From Octopus sinensis (taxonomy: Eukaryota), in NCBI RefSeq assembly GCF_006345805.1, contig NC_042999.1, positions 172,670,001 to 172,734,000 on the forward strand: DNA of 64,000 nucleotides, written 5' to 3'. How positions within the stretch are numbered: the first letter of the stretch is position 1; each line of letters begins with the position of its first letter. Under the pieces are notes generated by a model, which was not told the origin of the DNA, did not search any database, and saw only the letters and a list, made by a program, of their open reading frames with translations. The position numbers were made by a program, and so were the translations under genes. Shown piece by piece: positions 1 through 14,492 of this stretch.

Positions 1-386
1 TAAGTAACACAGAAGGAGGAATACATCAAGTTGTCAACTATGAAAAGTAGTTGCTACATATGCTATGCATATATTTAAAGGTTATATATGTGCAATAAAC
101 TTTCCTTCAACATATGACCGTGCATCTTTCGTTCAGGCCGAGATTAATCTGCAAAGGAGTTAATTTACTGTGTAATTTACAGATCGTCATACTAACAAGT
201 TTTCTGTATGTATCACTTTAGATAAGTTGATTTTATTCAAATTTCGCGTCATCATTATGGATACAGACATACTATTAGGATCTATTGTATTAAATCTTTG
301 TCAACTCACATGGGTGTGTGCGAGTATGCACAGAGATACACTTTACATACGAACAATCATAAGCATTTACTTTATATACATATATA

Positions 387-665
387 GGCGCAGGAGTGTC
401 TGTGCGGTATGTAGCTTTCTTACCAATCACATGGTTCCGGGTTCAGTCTCACAGCATAGCACCTTGGGCAAGTGTCTTCTACTATAGCCTCAGGCTGACC
501 AAAGCCTTCTGAGTGGATTTGGTAGACGGAAACTGAAAGAAGCCCGTCGTATATATATATATATAGAAGGTGGCTTATATACATTCATATATGTATATAT
601 ATATATTTATATATATCTGTGTAAGAGTGTGTGCCTCTGTCTTTGTCAGTTGACACAGCACATCG
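387..665 (+). mobile_element. tRNA-derived SINE family A, 5' part (3' truncated)
   Basis: Head GGCGCAGGAGTG...GGTTCCGGGTTCAGTC, then CACCTTGGGCAAGTGTCTTCTACTATAGCC...GGAAACTGAAAGAAGCCCGTCG and internal (TA)n; same sequence as the copy at 57608-58042. Confidence 0.85.
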
Positions 666-1765
666 TTACTTAAAACTTTATGGGCATAAAACCCAGCACC
701 GCAAGAAAACCGGATATAGAGGAAAGAATTGAAAAGAAATATTTTTAAATCTCTTGTAAGTGGTAAACCTTCGGCTGCTATTAGTCAGTTCAGGTCAAGC
801 GAATGCGTCATCTAGCGAGCGAGAACAGTTATCCCATTGTGTCCTGCATGTGGTAGTTAAACAGGATATTGGCATCAGTTAGTTGGCGAGGTTTCACATT
901 TTGGTGAAAAGAGTTTGCAGATGCGAAGATAACCAGTTTAGAGACATCAAGTTATATAACAGATTGCCTGAAAGCACTGGCGGTTGTAGGCTACCGTTAT
1001 TATACTATGAATAAACAGTTTTTAATTTTACAGGCTTCAGGGATTAAATATCTTGCGTCAGCTAGGTTTCATTTCATATTCATCAGCGAACAGTATTTTA
1101 TAGTCCACAGGAAGATAACTTTCTTTAGACACACAACGAGAATTCATGACTTCTTCCTTCACCATTATGATTTAACAGATTGTGTGTGGTTGCACATTGA
1201 ACTAAGTATAAAACATCGATGTAGGAATGTCATTGCTGGAAATTACTAAGATTGACCCTATCAATAATAATAGTCATACGTTTACGCTAAAATTCATACT
1301 TCTGTATAAGGTTGTTTTTATTTTCTCAATATACTATCCTACGTATTGATTTCAACGGTTAGGTTTCATTTACATTTGGTATTGCCTTCCCATTCTTACT
1401 TGCCCTATGCTACATATATGGAGCTATAATGTTAGTTTCCATACTTATCTATAGAGGGAATGTCTCCCATACATCTTCATTTATATCTTCAAATAACCGT
1501 TGAAGCCGTTAGTTATGGTTCAATATTCGACATGACTCCCATCTCTTTCTCACACGGATAGCAATATGATTCTCCTAGATCCAATTTTTTCTGCTCTATT
1601 CTTTCTTGCGTTCCTTGTATTATGCTTTCTCTTTTTCATACACTGAAGTTTACGATGATTTTTATTCAATTTACTTCAATCATTAATTTATATTATTATA
1701 TCTTTGTACGAAACGATCGTCTGCAAGAATTAATCTTCTTAGAATTAAACTTCTTTTTGGAAACC

Positions 1766-1769
<4 letters not shown>

Positions 1770-1800
<31 letters not shown>

Positions 1801-1900
1801 TGTATGTATGTATGTATATATATGTAAGTATGTATGTATATATGAATGTATATATATATAATATGTATGTACACATGTATACATACACACATATATATTT
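1770..1900. repeat. (TA)n/(TATG)n compound microsatellite
   Basis: Direct reading; source of spurious YI/MYV-rich ORFs. Confidence 0.95.
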
Positions 1901-2984
1901 ACTTTTGACCTTTCATGACAAAGCCGACTACCAGAAGCACTAGAGAAGAAGGTGTCATTGCTATCGGTTTGCATCAGGGCTTGAGTATGGGCAAACCCTC
2001 ATGTAAAAATGTGTTTCCAATTTAGCACGCAATTAAATCGCGGGTGTGAAGAAATTTTTATTCGCTAACACAATTTGTACCTTCTCTTGCGTCAGAGAAT
2101 TGGTTACAATTTTTTAATTCTTTGCTTCGTTTTTTTGTCATATTTGGTGCCTTGGCCTTTTCTTGAACCACCTTATTTACTTGTCCAAAGTAGTGATATC
2201 ACGCTTCACGTATCTCCACAATATTGCTTAGTGGCTGTGAAAGCGTTCTTGAACAATCCCTCCTTAATCTGATGCAGCACTTTATGTTGGCTACATTCTT
2301 CAGCTCTCTCGTCCTGACTTCTGAGGTGCATAATTATTTGAATCCTTATGTACGTTGAAATGATAATGTCCGCACATCTAGAAAATTGTTGTATTTCAGA
2401 TAGATTCCTCCATGGGTCGACATTTGGCATTCATATATTTATCTATATTGCGAATGGGAGAATTTGTGGAAGATTAGAATTTGCTCATTCAGACAAGTCT
2501 CCACTCCTCCACTCTTCAAATCTTGTTAAAAGAAAAGGCTTATACTTCAGGGCTGATAGCGACTAGCAATACTGTTGTTTTAGTTTTACGTCAGGACACA
2601 ACTTGTGATCAAGCCTATTGCAATAGATCTTAACCGTTGCCCTAACAGTTCCGCATATCGACTGTCCTAGTCGGGAAATTATACTTATCGACTTTAAAAG
2701 AATGAAACATACATTTGTCCTTCTAGATATTTGAACATTGGATGTAGATATTTGGGAAAAAGTAAACACTGCGACGCATTCTCTAGTACACCATAACAGT
2801 TTTGTTAGGTTGCTAATATATGGCTATTCAACGGGCAAAAGTAAACGTGCGAACGAGTGAATGAAATTAAAAGGAATAGAAGCGAGAACAGACATATATA
2901 TTAAGCGTTTATATTATAATTCCAAAGATATTTTACACATCTCAAAAGATGGATTCCTTGATAGCTTGAGAGGAAATAATATGC

Positions 2985-3355
<371 letters not shown>

Positions 3356-4973
3356 GGTGAAAGAGTGGATAGAAACAAATATAGACATAACTACAACTAC
3401 TTGAAGAAACATGAAACGAGAAGATAGTATTAAGCGTATATTAATAGTGATGAAAACTGCAAGGAAACATACAGACAACAGAAAGGAAAAGGGAAACGTT
3501 CTAAAGAATTTCGAAATCGCCTAGGAAAAATTGGAATGTTCTCTGAAAGCAATTAGTATTCTGAATGGGAATATGCATAACTCAGAAACGCATATTAGAT
3601 CTGCAAAGTGAAGACGCCACATTCATGTATAGAATAATGATAGAAAGCAGAAAGCGGAAAAGTATACCATTTGAAAGAAGCAGTGAATTACCGGCAATGT
3701 TTAGTGGGTGCTGTATAGTATTGAAAGTTAATATATGAGGAATCAGAATGGTACGATTTCTTCACTGAAACTATACAAATGGCAGTAAATTATGGACGCT
3801 TTACATATTATATAGCTGGGACATACTGACAACAACATGAGATCCAATATATTTGAGAGTGGATTGAATGAGAAATTGTGTCTATGTTTCTTTCCATCAT
3901 ACAATAATGACTTTGTAAAGAAGTAAATCTGTGTGAAATTGAACCAGTGAGCATCACGTATATTACGGTGATGTGTAAATATTCAATATTAAGTATGGGC
4001 TGTGCGAAATATAAATTCAGGCAGTAATATATATGAGAGTAGATGAAGTAGTAGAGCACCTCATAGCAATGCATTATTTTGTGATTATGGTTTTAATATA
4101 TTTTCTTGTCATGAGCTAGAGGACGGAGAAATGCCCATAACTTGGGTCACCACTCTGAAATTATTGAAGTTGAGAGGTTATCATACCAGTTAAACGGTTG
4201 CGACATGATGGCCGCCCAAAATACTTTTCAGCGCAGAAAGGAATGAGCAAACGTTTATGCGAGTCTCGTGAGGAAAAGCAGAATATTATAGGCGAATGAA
4301 TTGAGATTGGACATGACATAAGACCAGCATGTTCCGAGGAATATTAGCCTTTGTTATCAATATCAATGTATAATTATACATACATATATGCATGTGTGTG
4401 GGGGGGGGAGAGAGAGAAACAGAAAGAGATTGTGTGTGCACATGTGTGTATGTGTGTGTGCATGTGTGCGTGTGTGTGTACATACGTATGTATGCATACA
4501 TATGCATGCATACATACAGACGGATCGAATTACAAAACATCATAAACCTTCTTAACTTAAAAGATCTTGCCATTTTATTAGTGACTATTTTGAAGTCTCT
4601 TAAAAAGAACTTAAATAAGCCATCTCATAGAAGAAAACAACAAAAAGATCCTGGTTCTCTCTTTGTTTTTTCTACTTTTTACTTTTTTATTTCTGCTTTC
4701 TTTTCTCTTTTCTGTCTTTCTGTCTTCCTTTCTTTCTTTCCCTCATCTTCACTTTTTTTCTCTTTTGCTATATACACACATATATAGAAAACAAAAGAAA
4801 TAGATTTTCTTTAAAACATAAATCTGAGGAATCTCCATGAATGAGACTATAACGCTAATAAAGAATTGTTCAAAATCTGACTACCTCTTTTTCTTAATGT
4901 CTAAAATTTGTACATCACTTCAAACAATCTATCTATCTATCTGTCTTTCTTTCTTTCTCTATTTATTTATTTA

Positions 4974-5030
<57 letters not shown>

Positions 5031-5039
5031 CAGCTGCTT

Positions 5040-6170
5040 TTTCTACTGCAATTGAAGTTCTCAGATGGTGCAATTGGTTTTATCTTTCCATCGCGTGCCC
5101 TTTTCTTCGGTGGCAAGTTCCTGCTTTTCTTCCCTTGCTTCATCCCCTTTCGCACTATTTGTCTCCAGTGTGAGCGATTATTTGCAGCCTGCTTCCATCT
5201 CAAGACGTTCAGATCGAGCGATTCCATGTCTGTCTTGCTGACATCCTTGAAATTTAGATGAGGCCGTCCTTGTGATCTTGTGCCGGTGGTCAATTCCACA
5301 TATAGGGATTTTGGGGGACCTTCCTGTCCGGCATGCGATGTACATGACCGAGCCAGTGCAGACTACGCTACTGGAGCAGAGAGATTATACTGGATATCGT
5401 GGCGTGGTAGAGGATTTTGATGTTGGTGATGCGGTCGGTCCACTTGATATTCAAGATGCCTTTCAATTTACGAATGGGAAGACGTTGAGACGAAGTTCGT
5501 CCCTGGAGTAGAGTCGCCCCGTCTTACTGCTGTAGCGTACTAAGGACGCGCGCTTAATAGACTTACAGACAGCAATCTTGGTGTTTGCAGCCAGTTTTCT
5601 GTTTTCTCAGTCTCTCTTTGTGAGCCTAGCAAATGTAGAAAATACTTTTCGATTCTGTTGATCTCAGGGTGATGGCATTGGGGGGGGGTGAATTCATGGA
5701 CTACCACCAGCTCGTAAACGTTCATGGCGATGGTAGTGGGCTGCTTTGCACTTTGGCCCATTAGTTTGGCCTTCTTCAGATTAATACTCAGACTGACACG
5801 ACTTTGGGAGTTCATCCAAGATGTGCTACATTTACTCCACAAACCGCGTTGTTAGTGCTGCGTCGTCCGCGAACATCATTTCTCTGATGAGTCCCTGGCG
5901 CACCCTAGATTTTGCTTTCGAGTGGACAAAAGAAAGCAAAGGGCATTCAACACATTTAGTAGAAGTTACACGTTTGATTCGGTTCTGTACAACTGCAATT
6001 TTCGCAGGCCACTAACAGGAGTCTGCCTCTTTCATGCTTTGGATTGCCGAATAGTAATGTATGGGACGACGAAGATGACTGCTGGTAGCCATGTTGGACA
6101 TCCTGGGCTTTTCTATTGAGCAATCCAAAGCCTGAAAGAGATGAGCTCGGAACAGTAGCAAAATATCTGA
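5040..6170 (-). mobile_element. Decayed RTE-clade LINE, 3' RT region
   Basis: Minus-strand translation pieces: SRVRQGLIREMMFADDAAL (FADD at 5862-5873), LHWLGHVHRMPDRKVP, GTRSQGRPHLNFKDVSKTDM...W..AANNRSHWRQIVRKG; these match the RTE RT C-terminal pattern (WLGHV.RM...GRP.LRFKD). Multiple stops and frameshifts. Confidence 0.85.
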
Positions 6171-6399
6171 ACTAAAACGTACATACATGCTCGCATTCAT
6201 ACATACATACATACATACATACATACATACATAGACACACGCGCACACACACACACACATATATATATATATCTATATATATACATTACATATATATATA
6301 TACATACATATATGCATTACACACACACACACATATATATATACACATATATATATACATACATACGGTCATACATACATGTATAAATATATGTCGTTG

Positions 6400-6495
6400 A
6401 AATTTATAGAAAAACAAAAGACGAAGACAAGTGTATGAACAACAAGTAAGTGTATTTGTTTGACGCTCGAGAAAGTGAGAAAGTCTTTTACATGT
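6400..6495 (-). mobile_element. Fragment of short repeat family also at 51460-51600, truncated just before its hammerhead-like motif
   Basis: Shared string AAGACGAAGACAAGTG...ACAACAA...ACGCTCG.GAA.GTGA.AAAGTCTTT. Confidence 0.65.
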
Positions 6496-9400
6496 AAAAT
6501 ATACAAAGTCTCTCTATGATTTTTAGGTGTTTAAAAACCAGTGCTTTGTTAACACATCCCCATCTCGCTAAAGCCCAGCGTGTCGGTGAACAAACAAAAC
6601 TCATACGTTGAGTATGCATGATCGACAAATTTTACATCACTAACACTGCTTTTAATTCAGAGATGGAGAGCTATACATTGTAATTCTAATTCCAGTATAG
6701 CAGCATTAGCATATAATGGCTTTAGTGAAGTAATTGAGGACTACTTCCATTTGCGTACTTCAGATATATATATATATATATATTTGCCAATATAATGTGG
6801 CTTTCCCGGTTGGGACGAATGCTACTGTTGTTTAGCCACAGGAGACATCGTCCCCAGCTGGCTATACGGCACGCAATCTGTGTCATATTTTCGAACAGCG
6901 GAGATTTAGGACAATCATGTTTCTAATTATACACACGCACACTCACACACACATATATTGTGTATTCATTTGTGTATGTGTGTATGTATGTGTGTTTATT
7001 TATAAATGTATATAGACATCCACAACCACGCACGCAAGCATACGACAGAAAAGTTTTGCAATAGCATCCATGCTTACGTACGTGTATCTATTTATGATGA
7101 TATTAAATAATGCAGCCTCCACTGCGTCGATTGCTATATTACTGACTGTAACGCAGGGACAAACATTTCAATTGTCCTTATAATAAATATGTATCTTTTC
7201 TGTTGAATCTTTTCTTCGCCACTTGATCTTATGTATATCAAAGATAATTCGTTAGCACAACTGTATTTAGTCAGCCTTTCGTTTTACAAATAACACATCA
7301 GTGATACGAATATTTACGCTCAATTTTAACACTTAGATGACGATTGATATTTTCATATGTTGAACCTTATTAGAGATCGAAATTATAAATGTCGATATTC
7401 TTTAGTTGAAGAAGGAAGAATAACGCATACAGCATCTCAGTATGTTCTAATTGTGAAGTAGATTACCCGTTATGCAATAGATGTGTGTAGAATCTTCACA
7501 ATATAAAAAGGTTAATGCATTGAAATTAATATGAATTCCTTTTAATATCAAAGCACAACAGTGTCGGTGCATGATCAACAATTCTAATAATAAGGGTGCG
7601 CAATATGCATTTTGTATACAAGCTTCACACTCAGAGCTTGACACAAACGATTATTAACATTTAAGTTTTCATATTTATTCATTGCATGTATCGTGTGTCT
7701 GTTTCGTGATATTCGTTTCGAAGAAAAGGGACATCACTATTAACACGTGCTGCTTCTGTCCAAGAGATCCTATTCTTACGTCAACATCATCATCATCATC
7801 ATTGCTGCTATTACCCTCTTCGAATCGAATATCATGCATTATCTGCACAATGCTTAGCATCTGAAGTTACACAACATTTAATCGAATTAAATATTGTCTA
7901 TTCCTATATGAGACACAACGAAGTTGTCGATTAGAAACCATAAAATTTAGGTAGGCATTAAAATGTGACTTTTGTAAAATAGATATCCTCTTACAGTTTC
8001 GAAATATAATGATCAGGTTTCCAAATGCTTGAATACATGAACATTGAGCTGTTTAACATGCAATCTTGTTTACCAGGCGAATTATTGATATGAAAACGTA
8101 TAAAAACGTATAAAACGCCATATTTTTCTTCCTGAAATTCTCCTAATGTGTCAAATTCTCACATTTCTCAAGAGAAGAATTACCTCTAAGCTGTTGTAAA
8201 GACAACCTAGTATGGTCAATGGGCCTAGACAATTGCTGAACCCAATCAAGAGTGTAATATTGTTCAAAAGACTGACTTCTCTATCTATGTATACTATACA
8301 GCATGAAACGGGAATAAATCCGTTTTGCCTGATTTAATGTTTAAGCACATGGCTCACTACACTCGAAGCTCAAGTAGATTAATGGCAATTTGTTAAATAG
8401 CCGTACACCATTGAGTAACTTCCAGATGGTGCATTCCCCCTTCCGTAAATCAATAAATCAAATCAAGTGACGATATTTCAATTACTTATCATTATCATTT
8501 AATAAGTTTAGGTTACGATGAAACATGAATAGTCTATCAATTGAAATAATAGATGAATGGACTATAATTCAAAGGAGTGCTATCACGTTCTTGTTAATAC
8601 GTCCTTTCCATATGGTCTTCTATTCCTGAATATTGCTATTCTTAAATATATTTTGCTTTTTCATACAAAGTTTTAATTTAGTAAAACGTTTAAGTGTATT
8701 TCAGATAAATACTATTTAAATTCAGCACAATTTCACATGAATATACCTTACTTTAACAACGTCAGTGAAAACATTCAAAATAAACGCGCATAATACACAA
8801 TAGAAAATATATCACAATGGTTTGCATAACCATCTGGAGGTATTCATTTGAGTTTATTGTTATAATAATTCGCATGAGAACCACATACGTGTTTTCATGA
8901 TGGTAAAGTTTGTGTAGTGAATTGATTCCTCGCTGATCTGCGTTATTTTGTCAATGTAAATCCCTGTTATTGAAACTAAACTGTAAGTCTTGCAAAGAAA
9001 TGTGAATGCTTAACGCAATTGTCGGGTCGAATCACTGTGATACAATATTATACGGCTAAAAGCCTTAGAATTACCGCTACAATCCAGAGAGAAAAAATAT
9101 GAAGCGACCCCTGTAGTGGACCGCTATCTTAATTATCGAATTTGAAAATATGAAGGGATTACTTGATCTGGTCAGCATTTGAGCATAGGTGGAATACAAT
9201 ATCGGCGTTTGAGCACGGGCAGATTCCAATGTCAGTATATGAGCATACAATATCATAAGGCCTTCTATTAGACATTCTGATGATTGCGCCAAATTGCTGA
9301 TTTATATATATATGAATGCATTAGCAACAGTATTATTTTATTTGATCTCAGTTCAGGTTGTGAACTATGAAGGAAACTGATGCACGCCAACCGAAATATA

Positions 9401-12104
9401 AAACATACTGACATTAATGTATGGGTTTATTGATTTTCATTCGATGAATATATTTAATGAGAAGTAGGTTTCCACTACGAGAGGTATAAATTTTATTTAG
9501 TTCTTAATCAATGTAATTGTGTATGATTTTTACGCCCTTCAGTTATTATCACGTGATCAACAACCTTTCAAAATGTTAATTGTAACTAATTTAGCTAAAT
9601 GCATACGACTCTTGGTATTATTTATATATACATACACACACGTGTGTGCGTATAGTGTGTGTGTGTGTGTATTTGTGTGTGTGTGTGTGTGTATAATCAT
9701 GTGACGCAGAGGAATACGTTCCTCTACTCTTCAGCTCACAACTGTTTTGTGTCATAACGTCTAGCCCCACTTTTCCTATCCTCAACCTCAAATACTTTAG
9801 TGGATCTCTTGTTCTTCAACCCATTTCCTTTGCTGCCTACTATGATAAGTTTTTAAAATTATGTGGAAATGCAACGTCACTGAGGATTATGGGTGACTAG
9901 ATACTGTAGTTCCTTTTGTATTCGCTTTCAGAAATGTTTGTAACAAAGTCCACATATGCCTTACTTCTTTAATATTAGTTCTCCTTTTAAAACAATGCAA
10001 GTTAAATGTGGAGATCTAATTGACATGTATCATAAATAATGGAAGAGTCGAGAGGTTGGCATAAATTGTTGATGAATATTTAAGCATGTCCACTTCAATT
10101 TAAAAGGATGAAATTATAATCTGTATAGATTATATTTTAATGAAAACAACTCTAATCAATCAGTTTCAAATGTCTTTGAAGTCCTTGGCAGGTAGATACT
10201 GTGTTTCTGTGGAAATATACATAACATACTCTTCTTAACTCCCTACAGTAAATTTGCTAATCTGCACTCAAGTAAGACATGCTTAGAGTTTAAAAAAAAT
10301 ATGTCTCCTTCTTCCCAGACTAATATCTTTTAAAGAAAACAAAAGTTGCCATCTGATATTTAGTCCTACCATAAGATGATTAATCTATGTAAATGTCTCA
10401 AGAAAGATTTTAGCATTACTTTGAGAAAGAAAACTTGAAAACAACAATCTCAGCTTCTTGGGAGCTCACACAACAAAAAAGAAAACACAATTATGTTTTT
10501 TTATATTTATATGAAACGTTTAAAACTGTTGAATTGAAACCTGACCGCATAAACTAATTTAGCGATGGCTTATGCTTTGTACTGATGCTGCATACAATTC
10601 CTACCCTGGGTGTCAAGCATTTTTTGTGCATATTAATTATCATGATCTCTGCTAGTTACAATGAGAGTCTTTTTTATACACTAAGCGTCCTTTAATTGTA
10701 TTAATGGTTAATTTATGAATGAATGAGTGAATGAATCAACAACGTAAATCAATATATCCATGACTGATACATTCGCTAATCGATTTGATTATACTTGAGG
10801 TTACGGCCAGACCATTCCAACGAGACATACTTTTAACATCGATAGGTCAACGTTCAATTGTACCACTTAAATATGTTCAAATGCTCAAACTAAGAGACTG
10901 TTTCTCGTTAATAGAGAATTAACAAGTAGAGAGAAACGTAATGATTAGTTAGATGTACGCTTAATGAACAGCTTGTTAAATATCCACAGATTCCGTTGAA
11001 CCCATCATTTCGATTATGTTGTATCCAATTAAACAACATACATGTGTTTGACTAAAAGCGATGCTTTATGATATTTTCTATACTTTTACGAAACACGTAT
11101 ACATATCAACCTACGCATATACATTATACATATATATATATGCACACATATATACGTATGTATGTATATGTATGTATAACTTCTCATTAGAATATCGTAG
11201 CCCATTTAATATTGCCATATCCAAAAATAAAGAAGTCAAACAAGTCTAATTAGGCAGGTGATAATTTTGGTAAACAGTTTGGACTCTGTTATGGTTTGTG
11301 AAATAAATAAGTACATAATTGACATTTGCTTTCAAGTGGACAAATGTCTCTCATGCTGTACAATATGGTATTGTAGAAATAAATCTCTTCTTGCAATTCA
11401 TGTCCAGCGGAATCACATTGTCCCGTTCAAGAATGTAGAATCAAGGCCCAGTAGTTAACATGAAGGTATGGGACATACAGTGCACGTTTTTCTTGACAAA
11501 ATAAACACGTATTCAATTATATTAAACTACACAAAAAATTGTTCAAAGAACCTCTTAATGGCAAGTGTGTATATATTAAATTCAAAACCAACTTGCAAGA
11601 AGACAACAAAAATTGCAAATCTGATGAATTTCTACAGAGACATGCATCTTATGTGGTGGGGCTAATAGTTCAATATTTACAGTTATTAGGCAAAGATGAA
11701 CACCATAGAAAGGTTTTAACAGAGAAAAGAAGGAATAATTCTCATTCAGGAAGAATATTTTCACCGTTTCCTATTTAATTCACACAGTCGTCTTTGCTTG
11801 TACACATAGGTACGAATATACATATACATATCTTTATGTGAATATGCATATCTTTATGTGTGTGTGTGAGAGAGAGAGAGAGAAAGATTGTGTGCGTGCG
11901 CGCGCGTAGGTGTTCGTTTATAAAGATTTACATATGTGTATACGTTGATATATATATATATACAGTTCTACATTTAAGAGATGAGGAATTATGTACATTA
12001 TTTACATTATTTACATTTGCCGGATATTTGTTCTCATCTTCTGTTGTGTCTGGAGAGAGTCATTTTCATTTTGTGCCTTATAATTTAACATCTTGTTTGT
12101 TGTT

Positions 12105-12150
12105 AACACAACGTTTCGGCTGATCTACCCTCCAGCCTTCATCAGGTGCC
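12105..12150 (-). ncRNA. Minimal type I hammerhead ribozyme motif
   Basis: Minus strand reads GGCAC-CTGATGA-A-GGCTG(gagggtagat)CAGCC-GAAA-CG-T-T-GTGTT: stem I 5 bp (2 G.U), canonical CUGAUGA core, 5-bp stem II, minimal palindromic stem III. Confidence 0.75.
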
Positions 12151-12185
12151 TTGGGGAAATTTCGAACCTGTGTTCTCATTCTTAA

Positions 12186-12187
<2 letters not shown>

Positions 12188-12267
<80 letters not shown>

Positions 12268-12297
12268 ATAATAATAATAATAACAATAATAATAATA

Positions 12298-12338
<41 letters not shown>
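12188..12338. repeat. (TAA)n/(TAG)n microsatellite
   Basis: Direct reading; 5' flank of the Dong-like element. Confidence 0.95.
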
Positions 12339-12342
<4 letters not shown>

Positions 12343-13366
12343 TCTTGAAATAACGAATAAATATCTTGAAATAACAAATGACTGGATGCTAAAGCTCGTG
12401 GAAAATCACGAGAGGCGAAAGAAGCTTCATTCTATCATAAAGGAAAGCAAAAAATGTGCTATTGATCTCGTGCAGGATACCCAAACTGAACAACCCGAGG
12501 GAAGTACGGCAACTATTGTTGCAAAGAAGGTGAAAATAATGGCAACGAAAAAAAGCGCACGAGCAATTGGCTGATAGGTGTGAGGAGAAACCTCTGCACG
12601 GCAAATATGTGGCCCGTAGCAAACAAGCTGATGTTGACCAGAAGCAAACCCATCAGTGGCTACGGAGCTCAGGGCTAAAAGCAGAGAGCGAAGGTTTCAT
12701 CCTGGCTGCTCAAGATCAAAGCCTATTAACCCGGAACTACCAGGCCAATGTGATGAAAAATGGAGCAGACCCAAAATGCCGATTCTGCAACGACATGACA
12801 TGATTGAAACAGTGGACCACCTAATCTCTGGATGTAAAGTCTTAGCACCAGTGGAGTATAAATTAAGACATGACAGAGTTGGCCAATATCTACACTGGCT
12901 AATAAGTCGGCATTACAATATCAAAACTGCCGACAAGTGGTATAATCACCACCCTGAAGCTGTAACTGAAGGAGAAAATGTAACGATTCTGTGAGACTTT
13001 CCAGTACATACAGAAAATGTGGCATCTCAAGGCGGTTACAATACCAGTGATCGTAGGAGCACTAGGAATGATCAAGAAGGGAACCGAAAATTATATGAGA
13101 ATGATCCCTGGCTTACCATCCCTGCAAGAAGTGCAAAAGATTGTCTTAACTGGTACATCACACGTATTTAGAAGACCATTGTCGATGTGAGAACTATTAC
13201 TACCCATGTATTTTAATTTAACTTTAAAAAATTTTTTTTTTAATGAACGAACTAGTGAGTTTAGTTTAATGGCCTACCAATGTATACTATGAGTTTCTTT
13301 GCCCTAGGAGTCGGGAAGACACTCGGCAAGAAATGGAAGCAAATTTGAAAGAAGAGGAAAACAAAG
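12335..13366 (+). mobile_element. 5'-truncated R4/Dong-type non-LTR retrotransposon (RLE clade), inactive
   Basis: Translation: EKPLHGKY...GLKAESEGFILAAQDQSLLTRNY...CRFC...ETVDHLISGC (CCHC knuckle)...RHDRVGQYLHW...HHPEAVTEGENVTIL; frameshift near 12795, W>stop at 12992-12994, internal 158-bp deletion; near-identical to 45333-46117; ends in (TAA)n. Confidence 0.9.
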
Positions 13367-13418
<52 letters not shown>

Positions 13419-13419
<1 letters not shown>

Positions 13420-13642
13420 TTGACATAGAAAGGCTATATATACAACGTATAGAAGGTGGTAGGGGCCTTATACAGCTGGAAAACTATTATAAAATAACCA
13501 CAATAGGACTGAAAAAATATTTACTTCAGAAATAAGGAAAACTGATACAAAGAGCGACAAAACACGAACAAAACAAAAAACTGTTCTCAGTATTTAAGAA
13601 AGCTGACAAATACAAACACGAAATCATACCACCTAACAAATA
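13419..13642 (+). mobile_element. R4/Dong-type fragment, post-RT region of a second subfamily
   Basis: Translates DIERLYIQRIEGGRGLIQLENYYKITTIGLKKYL..., the RLY..R.EGGRGL motif of R4/Dong elements; begins right after (AAT)n and runs into (GAA)n. Confidence 0.75.
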
Positions 13643-13842
13643 TGAAGAAGAAGAAGAAGAAGAAGAAGAAGAAGAAGAAGAAGAAGAAGAGAAGAAGAAG
13701 AAGAAGAGAAGAAGAAGAAGAAGAAGAAGAAGAAGAAGAAGAAGAAGAAGAAGAAGAAGAAGAAGAAGAAGAAGAAGAAGAAGAAGAAGAAGAAGAAGAA
13801 GAAGAAGAAGAAGAAGAAGAAGAAGAATTAAGAAGAAGAAGC
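13643..13842. repeat. (GAA)n microsatellite, ~200 bp
   Basis: Direct reading. Confidence 0.95.
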
Positions 13843-14112
13843 AGTTTCGAACCTGGATGTCTCATTCCTAAGGCATTTTTCGATGTTCTTGTTGTTTTTA
13901 TTCAAGTCAATGCCTGGAATCGAGCTCGAATCTTGGGGTTAAAAGAGCGGGCTACTAACCCCACGTTCGATTCTATGCAGTGACCTGAATAACAACAACA
14001 GCAGCAGCAACAACAACAACAATAATAATAATAACAACAACAATATCAACCGAAACGTTGTGTCAACAACACACAGCATGAGGACAAATATCCCTCAAAT
14101 GTAAATAATGTT

Positions 14113-14145
<33 letters not shown>

Positions 14146-14275
14146 GGAGATTGAGAGTGAGAGAGAGAGAGTGAGAGAGAGAGAGAGGGAGAGAGAGAGA
14201 GATAAGTAGGTAGGTAGGTAGGTAGATAGATAGATATTATTAGTGATTAAAATGAGAGGAAGCAATGGGGTTTAA

Positions 14276-14492
14276 CCCTTTAGCATTCAGATTACTCGGT
14301 CAAATGTAAAACCTGTTTAATCATATTTTTAAAATTAATTGTACAACCTCTTGTAACTCTTAGATTTTGATGATGTCCTGTTTATTTTTAAAACGACTTT
14401 TTAAGGTAGGTGTGAGAGGTCAGAGCTGCTGGTTTGAGCATAAAACAGGAAGGCAAGTTTGACTTGCTATGTCCGGTTGAAACACTAAAGAG
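14276..14492. mobile_element. TTAA-flanked MITE (piggyBac-like termini)
   Basis: TTAA|CCCTTTAGCA ... CACTAAAGAG|TTAA; TTAA at 14272-14275 and 14493-14496 with imperfect short TIRs; no ORF. Confidence 0.65.

Noticed and set aside
5884-5935. CTGATGA-GTCC...GGAC hammerhead-like string
   Set aside because: Followed by AAAA not GAAA, no stem I/III, and lies antisense within RTE RT coding sequence.
12992-12994. In-frame TGA in a retroelement ORF (possible selenocysteine/readthrough)
   Set aside because: The sister copy has TGG (W of ILWDF) at this position and this copy has other lesions; ordinary nonsense mutation.
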